DNA of 24,000 nucleotides from Thermoleophilia bacterium. GTDB lineage: Bacteria; Actinomycetota; Thermoleophilia; Miltoncostaeales; Miltoncostaeaceae. The translations under genes and the position numbers were made by a program. The notes under the pieces are model-generated. The model saw only the letters and a program-made list of their open reading frames with translations, was not told where the DNA came from and did no database searches. This document shows positions 1-6,747 of this stretch, piece after piece; the stretch's first letter is position 1, and the number at the start of each line of letters is the position of its first letter. The stretch is from contig JAGQUM010000063.1 of NCBI GenBank assembly GCA_020438485.1, positions 14,698-38,697 on the forward strand, read 5' to 3'.

Positions 1-832
1 GCAGCAGGGCCCCCGCGATGCCCGCCCGCTGACCCAGCCCGGGTGGCGCGATGAACGCGTCGTCCCCGTGCTCCGGGCACCCGGGGTAACCGGCCAGACG
101 GGCACGGAACTCCCGGCGGACGGCCGTCAGCAGCCCGTCGAGCCGGCTGATCCCCCCGCCCAGGATGATCCGTCGCGGCGCGCACGCGTACGCGAGCGTG
201 ACGAGGCCGTCGGCGATGGGCGTGGCCAGCGCGCTCACCAGCCGGGCCCGCTCGGCCGCGTCGAGGTCGGCGCCGTCCTTGCCCGTCCGCGCACGCACGG
301 CGGGGGCGGCGACCAGGCCCTCCAGGCAGTCGCCGTGAAACGGGCACACGCCGGAGAAGTCGTCGCCCGGCGCGCGGCGCACGGTGATGTGGCCCGCCTC
401 GGGGTGGGGAAGGCCGTGGACGGGGCGACCGTCGTGGACGACGCCGACGCCGAGGCCCGTGCCGATGGTGACGTAGACGGCGTCGCCGAACCCCCGCGCC
501 GCGCCCCACCGGCACTCCGCGAGCGCCGCGGCGTTCACGTCGGTGTCGACGGTCACGGGCGCCCCCAGCGCGTCGCGCACCGCGTCGGCCACCCCGAAGC
601 CCGACCAGCCGGGCTTCGGGGTGGCGCGCAGCGCGCCGGTGGCGAGATCGAGCGGGCCGAACGCCGCAAGGCCGACCGCGTCGGGCGCGACGCCGCGCAG
701 GGCGTCGGCGATCCGGGCCAGCGTCGCGTCCGGGGTGGTGGTGGGCACCTGGGCGAGCAGCGTCACGCGGCCGCCGTCCGCCGCGGCGACGCGGGTGCTG
801 GTGCCGCCCGTCTCGACCCCGACGATGGCCAT
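1..832 (-). CDS. ROK-family sugar kinase (GmuE/YdhR-like fructokinase type); C-terminal end cut by window edge
   Basis: Absent from the ORF track because the frame is open at the window edge. The reverse complement from ATG (832-830) reads MAIVGVETGGTSTRVAA...DTDVNAAALAE...YVTIGTGLGVGVV...GVCPFHGDCLEG...RIILGGGIS. It carries the ROK DxDxN and GTGxG signatures plus the Cys/His zinc motif. The frame is GC3-rich with no stops down to nt 2. Confidence 0.75.
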   Translation of the reverse strand, partial: MAIVGVETGGTSTRVAAADGGRVTLLAQVPTTTPDATLARIADALRGVAPDAVGLAAFGPLDLATGALRATPKPGWSGFGVADAVRDALGAPVTVDTDVNAAALAECRWGAARGFGDAVYVTIGTGLGVGVVHDGRPVHGLPHPEAGHITVRRAPGDDFSGVCPFHGDCLEGLVAAPAVRARTGKDGADLDAAERARLVSALATPIADGLVTLAYACAPRRIILGGGISRLDGLLTAVRREFRARLAGYPGCPEHGDDAFIAPPGLGQRAGIAGALL

Positions 833-895
833 GCGGCAGTTCTACACCCCCACCCCGCGGAACCCCGGGTGGGGGACACGTACGATGCGGCGCCC

Positions 896-2059
896 ATGCC
901 CGACCCGATACCGCTCGTGCGCGACCGCGCCATCGTCACGGCCTTCGCGGCGCTCGGTATGTGGGGGTACTGCCTGTACGCGATGGGTCCGGTCCTCGTG
1001 GCCCTGCGGGCCGACCTGGGCGTGTCGCGCACCCAGATCGGGACGGCGGGCACGGCGCTGGCGCTCGGGTCCATCACCGGGGGCCTGGCCTCGCCCGCGC
1101 TGTTCGCGCGGATGCGCCAGGGCCCGCTGCTGGCTGTGGCGGTGCTGCTGATCGCGGCGGCGTCCGCCGGGTTCGCCGTGGCCTGGAGCCTGCCCGCGGT
1201 GCTGGCGGCCGCGTTCGTCCTGGGGGTGGGCGGCTCGCTGGCCACCATCGTGGTGCCCGTGATCGTGGACACGCGCCAGCCGCACGCCCGGGCGGTGGGC
1301 ATCACGGAGGCCAACTCGTGGGCGGGGGCGGTGGGCGTGGCGTCGCCTCTGGTGATCGGCGGTGCGATCGCCCTGGGGATCGGCTGGACCGCCGGGCCGT
1401 GGTGCGGCGCCGTCGCGGGGCTCGCCGTCGCCTGGCTCGCCCGCGGCCTGCCCCCGGCGGCCCCGCCCCCCGGGGCCCGGGTGACCGGCGACGTGCCCGA
1501 TGCCCGGGGCTTCGGGGGGTCGTTCTGGCGGTGGTGGGCCGTGCTGGTGTGCGGGGTGGCGGTGGAGTTCTGCATCACGTTCTGGGCGGCCGACTTCATG
1601 CAGACCGCGGTGGGGATGTCGCCGGGCCTCGCCAGCGGCCTGATGGGCGTGTTCGTGGGCGGCCTCGCCGCCGGCCGCTTCGCGGGGGCCCGGCTCGTGG
1701 GCCGGCGCCCCCCGGACCGCCTGGTGGCGGCCGCGTACGGGCTGCTCCTGGCGGGCGGCGCCGTGTTCTGGGCGGCGCGCGAACCCGTCGTCAGCGTCGC
1801 CGGCCTGGCCCTGCTGGGCCTGGGCGTATCGGTGGTGTTCCCCCTGAGCATGGCGCTGGCCATCGGCGCCGCGCCGCCCGGCGCGGCCGAGGGCGCGTCG
1901 ACCCGCATCTCGCTGGGCGCGTCCATGGCCATCCTGGCCGCGCCGTTCGCGCTGGGCGCCCTCGGCGACGCCGTCGGCCCGCGCCGGGGGTTCCTGCTGG
2001 TGCCCGCGATCGTGCTGGTGGCCCTGGCTCTGATCGCCGCGAGACGCCCCCGCCTCTAG
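896..2059 (+). CDS. MFS transporter (387 aa)
   Basis: In-frame ATG at 896 inside ORF 68..2059. The part of that ORF upstream of 896 overlaps the ROK gene on the other strand and is Arg/Gly/Asp-rich shadow. From 896 the product is strongly hydrophobic with many TM-like segments (MPDPIPLVRDRAIVTAFAALGMWGYCLYAMGPVLVAL...). It is divergent from the ROK gene with a 63-nt spacer. Confidence 0.8.
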   Translation: MPDPIPLVRDRAIVTAFAALGMWGYCLYAMGPVLVALRADLGVSRTQIGTAGTALALGSITGGLASPALFARMRQGPLLAVAVLLIAAASAGFAVAWSLPAVLAAAFVLGVGGSLATIVVPVIVDTRQPHARAVGITEANSWAGAVGVASPLVIGGAIALGIGWTAGPWCGAVAGLAVAWLARGLPPAAPPPGARVTGDVPDARGFGGSFWRWWAVLVCGVAVEFCITFWAADFMQTAVGMSPGLASGLMGVFVGGLAAGRFAGARLVGRRPPDRLVAAAYGLLLAGGAVFWAAREPVVSVAGLALLGLGVSVVFPLSMALAIGAAPPGAAEGASTRISLGASMAILAAPFALGALGDAVGPRRGFLLVPAIVLVALALIAARRPRL

Positions 2060-2433
2060 CCGTCCGCCGTCGCCGGATCGCCCACCAGGCGCAGCAGCGA
2101 TCCGTCCGGGTCGAGCAGGGCGCCGATTCGCAGGCCGGCCGGTTCCGGGCGGGGCGGGTGCAGGCGCGGGAAGCCGTTCGTCGCCTCCGGGACGCCCGCG
2201 TCGCGGCAGGCCGCGGCGAACGCGTCCACGTCGGCAAGGCGCAGGCAGCAGCCGCACGGGTTCGCCGCCGGGTCGAGGCCGGCCCACGGAAAGAACTCCA
2301 GCACAAGGTCGCCCCGTGTCAGGATCATCCACCCGTCGTCGCGGAACGCCTCGGCGAAGCCCAGACCGGCGTAGAAGAGCGACGTGGCGGCGAGGTCGCG
2401 GGACGGCAGGTTGGGTGTGGCGCGGTCGGGCAC
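2056..2433 (-). CDS. VOC (glyoxalase/bleomycin-resistance/dioxygenase) family protein, 125 aa
   Basis: GTG start at 2433, preceded by AAGGGGA six nt upstream. The N-terminus PNLPSRDLAATSLFYAGLGF and the small size fit bleomycin-resistance-like VOC proteins. It starts 9 nt after the stop of the ABC permease on the same strand. Its stop overlaps the MFS stop (CTAG, 2056-2059). Confidence 0.8.
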   Translation of the reverse strand: MPDRATPNLPSRDLAATSLFYAGLGFAEAFRDDGWMILTRGDLVLEFFPWAGLDPAANPCGCCLRLADVDAFAAACRDAGVPEATNGFPRLHPPRPEPAGLRIGALLDPDGSLLRLVGDPATADG

Positions 2434-2442
2434 GGGTTCCCC

Positions 2443-3237
2443 TTACGTGATGAGGCGTTTCTCGGAGCGCCAGACGGCCAGTCGCCACATCACGAACCCG
2501 AACGCGGCCAGGACGCCCACGTGGGCCAGGTCGGGCCCCGGTTCCCACCCGAACGCCGCGTGGCGCACCAGTTGCACGCAGTGGTACAGCGGGTTCAGCT
2601 GGCCGGCGATCTGCGCCCACCGCGGCAGGCCGTCGAGGGGGAAGAACGTGCCGGCCACCAGCATCACCGGCGTGATGACGATGCTGGTGATGTACGAGAA
2701 GCTGTCGATCGACTTCATCAGCGCCGCCACGAGCGTGCCGAAAGAGGCCCACCCGAAACCCGTGAGCACGCCGATGAGCGGCACGGCCAGCATGCCCCAC
2801 GACGGGTCCAGGCCGAACGCCATGGCGACGAGCAACGGCACGGTGCCGTACACCCCCGCCCGCAGCGCGATCCAGATGACCTCGGCCGTCACCAGCTCCT
2901 CGGTGTCGACGGGGGCGGCGAGGATGCCGTCGTACGTCCGCTGGTACTCGCGCTTCACGAACGTGCCGAACATCGCGCTGAACGCCGACGCGAACAGCAC
3001 GGCGGTGCCGACGGTGCCGGTGCCGACGTACTCGACGTAGTCGAGGCCGCCGACCTTCGCCACCAGCGACCCGAACCCGAAGCCGAACGCCAGCAGGTAG
3101 ATGGTGGGCTCGACGGTGGACGAGAACGTCACCGAGCGCCAGTACGACGAGAAGTTGATGATCTCGCGCACCAGCACGCCGGCGATGGCGGCACCCTCCA
3201 GGCGGTGCAGACGGCGCCGCGGGGCGGGGACGCTCAC
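2443..3237 (-). CDS. ABC-2 type transporter permease (NodJ/DrrB-like), 264 aa
   Basis: C-terminal part of ORF 2443..4692. GTG start at 3237 overlaps the TGA of the upstream ATPase (GTGA at 3234-3237). The sequence REIINFSSYWRSVTFSSTVEPTIYLLAFGFGFGSLV... has about six hydrophobic segments, typical of ABC-2 permeases. Confidence 0.85.
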   Translation of the reverse strand: MSVPAPRRRLHRLEGAAIAGVLVREIINFSSYWRSVTFSSTVEPTIYLLAFGFGFGSLVAKVGGLDYVEYVGTGTVGTAVLFASAFSAMFGTFVKREYQRTYDGILAAPVDTEELVTAEVIWIALRAGVYGTVPLLVAMAFGLDPSWGMLAVPLIGVLTGFGWASFGTLVAALMKSIDSFSYITSIVITPVMLVAGTFFPLDGLPRWAQIAGQLNPLYHCVQLVRHAAFGWEPGPDLAHVGVLAAFGFVMWRLAVWRSEKRLIT

Positions 3238-4142
3238 CCGATCTCCTCGCCGGTGAGCAGCACGAACACGTCCTCGAGGTTGGCGGGACGGTGCTCGCCG
3301 TCCGGCAGCGGCCCGGTGGCGGCGTCGAGGCGCAGCAGGCTGACCGACGTGCCCGTGCGCCGGGTCCGCACCCCGGCGGCCTGTGCGTCGGCCTCGGCCC
3401 GCGCGAGGGCGTCGGGCGGGCCGTACACCTCCAGGGCCATCTCGCCCGCGTGCTCGCGCACCAACTCGGCGGGGGCGCCGGTGGCGACCGCCGTGCCGTG
3501 GGCCACGATCACGACCGTGTCGCACAGGCGGGCGGCCTCCTCGATGTAGTGCGTCGACATCAGGATGGACGTACCCTGGGTGCGCAGCGCGTCGATCAGG
3601 GCCCAGATCTCCTGGCGCACCTGGGGGTCGAGGCCCACGGTGGGCTCGTCCATCAGCACCAGGCGGGGGCCGTGAAGCAGCGCGCGGGCGATCAGCAGGC
3701 GGCGCCGCATCCCTCCCGACAGGGCGGTGACCTTGGCGTCGGCGCGGTCCGTGAGCAGCGCGATCTCCAGGGCGCGGTCCACGGCGGCCCGGCGTTCGTG
3801 GCGGGGCACCCGGTACAGGTGAGCGAACACCACCAGGTTCTGCCGGACGGTCAGCGTCGTGTCGAGGTTGTCCAGCTGCGGCACCACCCCCATCAGCGCG
3901 CGAGCCGACTTCGACTGGCCGGGCAGGGGCAGCCCCAGCACATCGATGGTGCCCGAGTCGGGGATGCACTGGGCGGTGAGCAGCTTGACCGTGGTGCTCT
4001 TGCCGGCCCCGTTCGGTCCCAGCAGGCCCACGCACGTGCCCACGGGCACCTCCAGGTCGAGGCCGGCGACGGCGTGGACGTCGCCGAAGGACTTGTGCAC
4101 GCCATCCAGGCGCAGCGCGGGCGGGGCGGGGGAGGCGGGCAC
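3234..4142 (-). CDS. ABC transporter ATP-binding protein (NodI/DrrA-like), 302 aa
   Basis: Walker A GLLGPNGAGKST, signature LSGGMRRRL, Walker B LVLMDEPTVGLD and H-loop STHYIEEA are all present. I placed the start at GTG 4142 (VPASPAPPALRLDGVHKSF). Starts further upstream in ORF 3234..4592 would overlap the divergent lipoprotein gene. Confidence 0.9.
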   Translation of the reverse strand: MPASPAPPALRLDGVHKSFGDVHAVAGLDLEVPVGTCVGLLGPNGAGKSTTVKLLTAQCIPDSGTIDVLGLPLPGQSKSARALMGVVPQLDNLDTTLTVRQNLVVFAHLYRVPRHERRAAVDRALEIALLTDRADAKVTALSGGMRRRLLIARALLHGPRLVLMDEPTVGLDPQVRQEIWALIDALRTQGTSILMSTHYIEEAARLCDTVVIVAHGTAVATGAPAELVREHAGEMALEVYGPPDALARAEADAQAAGVRTRRTGTSVSLLRLDAATGPLPDGEHRPANLEDVFVLLTGEEIG

Positions 4143-4239
4143 GGGGCCACCCTCGCAGATCCCGGGGATCGGGGGGCGCGCCCGGTCCCTGCGGCGTGGT
4201 AGGTGTAACGGGATCCCGCCCGAGACCGAGGAGCCCCCG

Positions 4240-4809
4240 ATGCCCGCCCACGCCGCCCGCCGCCGCGCCATCGCGCTGGCCGTCGCCGCCGCGTCGCTCG
4301 CGGTCGCCGCCGGCTGTTCGTCCGAGTCGTCGGACATCACGGAGGCGTCCACGCCGTCGACCCCGACGGCGGTGACCACGCCCACGACGCCCACGGGGTT
4401 CACCACCCCGACGTCGCCCACCACGCCGACGGTCACCACCGGGACGGGCACGACGCCCACGACCGCGGCGTCGGGGCAACCGGACCCGTGCGCGCTGCTG
4501 ACGGCAGCGCAGATCGAGGCCGCCGTGGGCACGCCGCCCGGCACGACCCGTCCCGAGTCGGACGACCGCTGCAACTTCGGCGTCGTGCGCACGTGGGTGG
4601 GGTTCGGCGAGGCGTGGATCGACAGTGCCGCGTCGAAGGGCGAGGAGGTCGCCGGCGTGGGCGACCGGGCCGCGTACGACCCGGAGTTCCATCAGATCTA
4701 CGTGAAGTCGGGCGCCACGACGTTCAACATCCAGTGCACGCTGTGCACCGGAGACCAGAAGGCCGTGCTGACACGTCTGGCAGGTGACGCCCTCGGCAAC
4801 CTCGGCTAG
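4240..4809 (+). CDS. Secreted lipoprotein with Thr/Pro-rich linker (DUF3558-like C-terminal domain), 189 aa
   Basis: ATG at 4240 within ORF 3859..4809. The signal peptide MPAHAARRRAIALAVAAASLAVAAGC has a lipobox (VAAG-C26). A roughly 40-aa T/P-rich linker follows, then PDPCALLTAAQIEAAVG..., which resembles the DPC-x-LL start of actinobacterial DUF3558 lipoproteins. Confidence 0.7.
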   Translation: MPAHAARRRAIALAVAAASLAVAAGCSSESSDITEASTPSTPTAVTTPTTPTGFTTPTSPTTPTVTTGTGTTPTTAASGQPDPCALLTAAQIEAAVGTPPGTTRPESDDRCNFGVVRTWVGFGEAWIDSAASKGEEVAGVGDRAAYDPEFHQIYVKSGATTFNIQCTLCTGDQKAVLTRLAGDALGNLG

Positions 4810-4816
4810 CCCGGCC

Positions 4817-5236
4817 GTGTGGATCCGCCGCCATCTGCGCCTGGAGCCGCGCCGCCCGGGGATTCACCTCATCACGCGCGACGTGGTCGGGGCGCTGCCC
4901 GAACTCGGCGACGTGCGCGTGGGCCTGCTGCACGTGCTGGTCGCGCACACGTCGGCGTCCCTGACGCTGAACGAGAACGCCAGCCCCGACGTGCGCGCCG
5001 ACCTCGACGCCTGGCTCGACCGGGCGGTTCCCCGCGACACGCCGTACTTCACCCACACCATCGAGGGGCCCGACGACATGCCCGCCCACGTGAAGGCCGC
5101 GTTGATGGGGTGCAGCCTGACCCTCCCGGTGGCGGACGGGCGTCTGGACGTGGGCACGTGGCAGGGCATCCACCTGTGCGAGCACCGCGACCACGGCGGT
5201 TCGCGCCGCCTGGTGCTCACCCTGTGGGGGGAGTGA
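4817..5236 (+). CDS. YjbQ/UPF0047 family protein (secondary thiamine-phosphate synthase type), 139 aa
   Basis: VWIRRHLRLEP...GLLHVLVAHTSASLTLNENASPDVRADL...DDMPAHVKAALMGCSLTLPV...GTWQGIHLCEHRDHGGSRRLVLTLWGE is collinear with E. coli YjbQ from its first residues. I therefore prefer GTG 4817 over GTG 4784, which would overlap the lipoprotein gene. Confidence 0.85.
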   Translation: MWIRRHLRLEPRRPGIHLITRDVVGALPELGDVRVGLLHVLVAHTSASLTLNENASPDVRADLDAWLDRAVPRDTPYFTHTIEGPDDMPAHVKAALMGCSLTLPVADGRLDVGTWQGIHLCEHRDHGGSRRLVLTLWGE

Positions 5237-5296
5237 CCCCGGGTTCCCGCCCCCGCTTCCCGTCACGCTCCGGTCGGGGACGGGGCACCCCAGGAC

Positions 5297-6193
5297 TCAC
5301 GGAGCGGCGGCAGAGGCGCCGGGTGCGTCGGGGGGGAACCGCGCCTCCAGAGCCCGGTGCTCGTCCAGGCCCATCAGCGCGTTCATCTCGCCGAACCCCA
5401 CGGGCGGCGGCGGTGGACCCTCCCCGCGGGCCAGGGCCGCGAACGCGTCGCGCATCGCGCCCGTCGCCGCCGACAGGCCCACCAGGGGCGCCACGACAAT
5501 GCCGAAACCCAGGGCCGCCAACTCGGCGTCGCCCATCACGGGGGTGACGCCCCCCGGGACCATGTTCGCCACCCGCACGGCGCCGGGCGTCGCGGTGGCG
5601 ACGGCCGCCAGGTCGTCGCGCGAGCGCGGGGCCTCCACGAACACGCCGTCCGCCCCGGCGTCCAGCGAGGCCCGGGCGCGGCGGAGGGCCTCGTCGATGC
5701 CCTCGGCGGCCAGCGCGTCGGTGCGGGCCACCAGGAAGAGGTCGACGCCCTCGTCCCGCAGCGCGCGGACGGCGCGCAGTTTGGCCAGCCACTCGCCCGC
5801 GGGCACCACCCGCTTTCCCGCCATGTGGCCGCAGCGCTTGGGCCACTCCTGGTCCTCCAGGAAGACGCCGGCCGCCCCGGCGGCGTGCAGCTCGCGTGCC
5901 GTGCGGACGGCGGACAGCGCGTTCCCGTAGCCGGTGTCGGCGTCCGTCATCACCAGCGTGCCGCGGTCCGCGGCCCGGCACGCCTCGCGCGTCGCGTCCG
6001 ACATGTCGGACGCGGTCACGTAGCCGATGTCCGGCGCGGCCAGGCGGGCGGCCGACACCGCGTAGCCGCTGACGAAGACCACGTCGAAGCCCGCGAGGGC
6101 GGCCAGGCGGGCCGACAGCGCGTCGTGCACGCCCGGCATCGTGACGGGGCCGGCGGCGACGCGCGCGCGGAGGCGGTCGGCGGGGGAGGGCAT
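5297..6193 (-). CDS. Isocitrate lyase/PEP mutase family enzyme (methylisocitrate-lyase / petal-death-protein-like), 298 aa
   Basis: Family signature EDQEWPKRCGHMAGKRVV (K-[KR]-C-G-H) plus DADTGYG and ARTDA motifs. The full ORF is in the track. Confidence 0.85.
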   Translation of the reverse strand: MPSPADRLRARVAAGPVTMPGVHDALSARLAALAGFDVVFVSGYAVSAARLAAPDIGYVTASDMSDATREACRAADRGTLVMTDADTGYGNALSAVRTARELHAAGAAGVFLEDQEWPKRCGHMAGKRVVPAGEWLAKLRAVRALRDEGVDLFLVARTDALAAEGIDEALRRARASLDAGADGVFVEAPRSRDDLAAVATATPGAVRVANMVPGGVTPVMGDAELAALGFGIVVAPLVGLSAATGAMRDAFAALARGEGPPPPPVGFGEMNALMGLDEHRALEARFPPDAPGASAAAP

Positions 6194-6260
6194 GCGGTCA
6201 CGCTAGCCCACCCCGGCGGCTCCCTGACCGTCGTCACTGGCCCGCCGCCGCCGGGCAGGG

Positions 6261-6266
6261 TAGGGT
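6261..6266 (+). promoter_or_regulatory. Possible -10 hexamer (TAGGGT) for a leaderless ccmE transcript
   Basis: A TAnnnT-type hexamer ends 6 nt before the ccmE ATG (6273). No Shine-Dalgarno sequence lies between them. This is a pattern inference only. Confidence 0.25.
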
Positions 6267-6272
6267 GCGTGC

Positions 6273-6734
6273 ATGAAGTCGCGACTCCGCTTCATCATCG
6301 CGCTGGGCGTGGCCGTGGCCCTGGGGACGTGGCTCATCCTGACGGCGCTGGGCGCCACCGGTGCCACGAAGCAGCACGTGGGCCCCGCCCAGGCCAAGGG
6401 CAGCGGCGAGTACCGGCTCAACGGCATAGTGGCGCCGGGCGCGCCCACCGACGCCGCGGGCGCCGCCGCCACGTCACAGGGGCTTCGGTTCGTCGTGCGC
6501 GACAAGAAGAACCCGGCCGAGACCATCACCGTCGTCTACCGGGGCACGGTACCCGACGCCTTCAAGTCGGGCCGCGAGGTGGTCGTCGACGGCCGCTACG
6601 ACGGCACCACGTTCCAGGGCGAGCGCAACTCGCTGGTCACGCTGTGTCCGTCGAAGTTCAAGGAGATGAAGGGGCCGAACCCGCACGACAAGGGCATGCC
6701 CATGGACGGCACGAGCCCGCAGCCCGGCACGTAG
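6273..6734 (+). CDS. ccmE: Cytochrome c maturation heme chaperone CcmE, Cys-type variant, 153 aa
   Basis: N-terminal TM anchor RLRFIIALGVAVALGTWLILTAL. The OB-fold region YRLNGIVAPG...VVYRGTVPDAFKSGREVVVDGRY is collinear with E. coli CcmE. The heme-binding position reads LVTLCPSKF, where E. coli has VLAKHDENY. Confidence 0.85.
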   Translation: MKSRLRFIIALGVAVALGTWLILTALGATGATKQHVGPAQAKGSGEYRLNGIVAPGAPTDAAGAAATSQGLRFVVRDKKNPAETITVVYRGTVPDAFKSGREVVVDGRYDGTTFQGERNSLVTLCPSKFKEMKGPNPHDKGMPMDGTSPQPGT

Positions 6735-6747
6735 CCCGGTCACGCCC

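Noticed and set aside
68-895. N-terminal extension of the MFS ORF, and similar long 5' extensions of ORFs 2443..4692, 13288..15858, 13618..15645, 15642..17225, 16594..18348, 18614..20230 and 20826..23129.
   Set aside because: The extensions overlap well-supported genes and lack hydrophobic or motif content. Internal start codons coincide with stop/start overlaps or ribosome-binding sites and with the normal N-termini of the families concerned.
842-2800. Very long alternative-frame ORFs throughout the track (for example 842..2800 -, 961..3549 +, 11075..13306 -, 13514..15367 -, 17029..19053 -, 5357..6751 +).
   Set aside because: Their translations are dominated by Arg/Gly/Pro/Ala/His runs with no recognisable motifs. 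They overlap frames that carry clear family signatures and the expected GC3 bias. They are shadow ORFs caused by stop-codon scarcity in high-GC DNA.
2443-4142. Possibility that this ABC pair is CcmA/CcmB of the cytochrome maturation system.
   Set aside because: The ATPase has the extra C-terminal domain, and the permease has the ABC-2 (NodJ/DrrB-like) sequence pattern and size. The pair is on the opposite strand, separated from ccmE by four unrelated genes, and forms an operon with a VOC protein.
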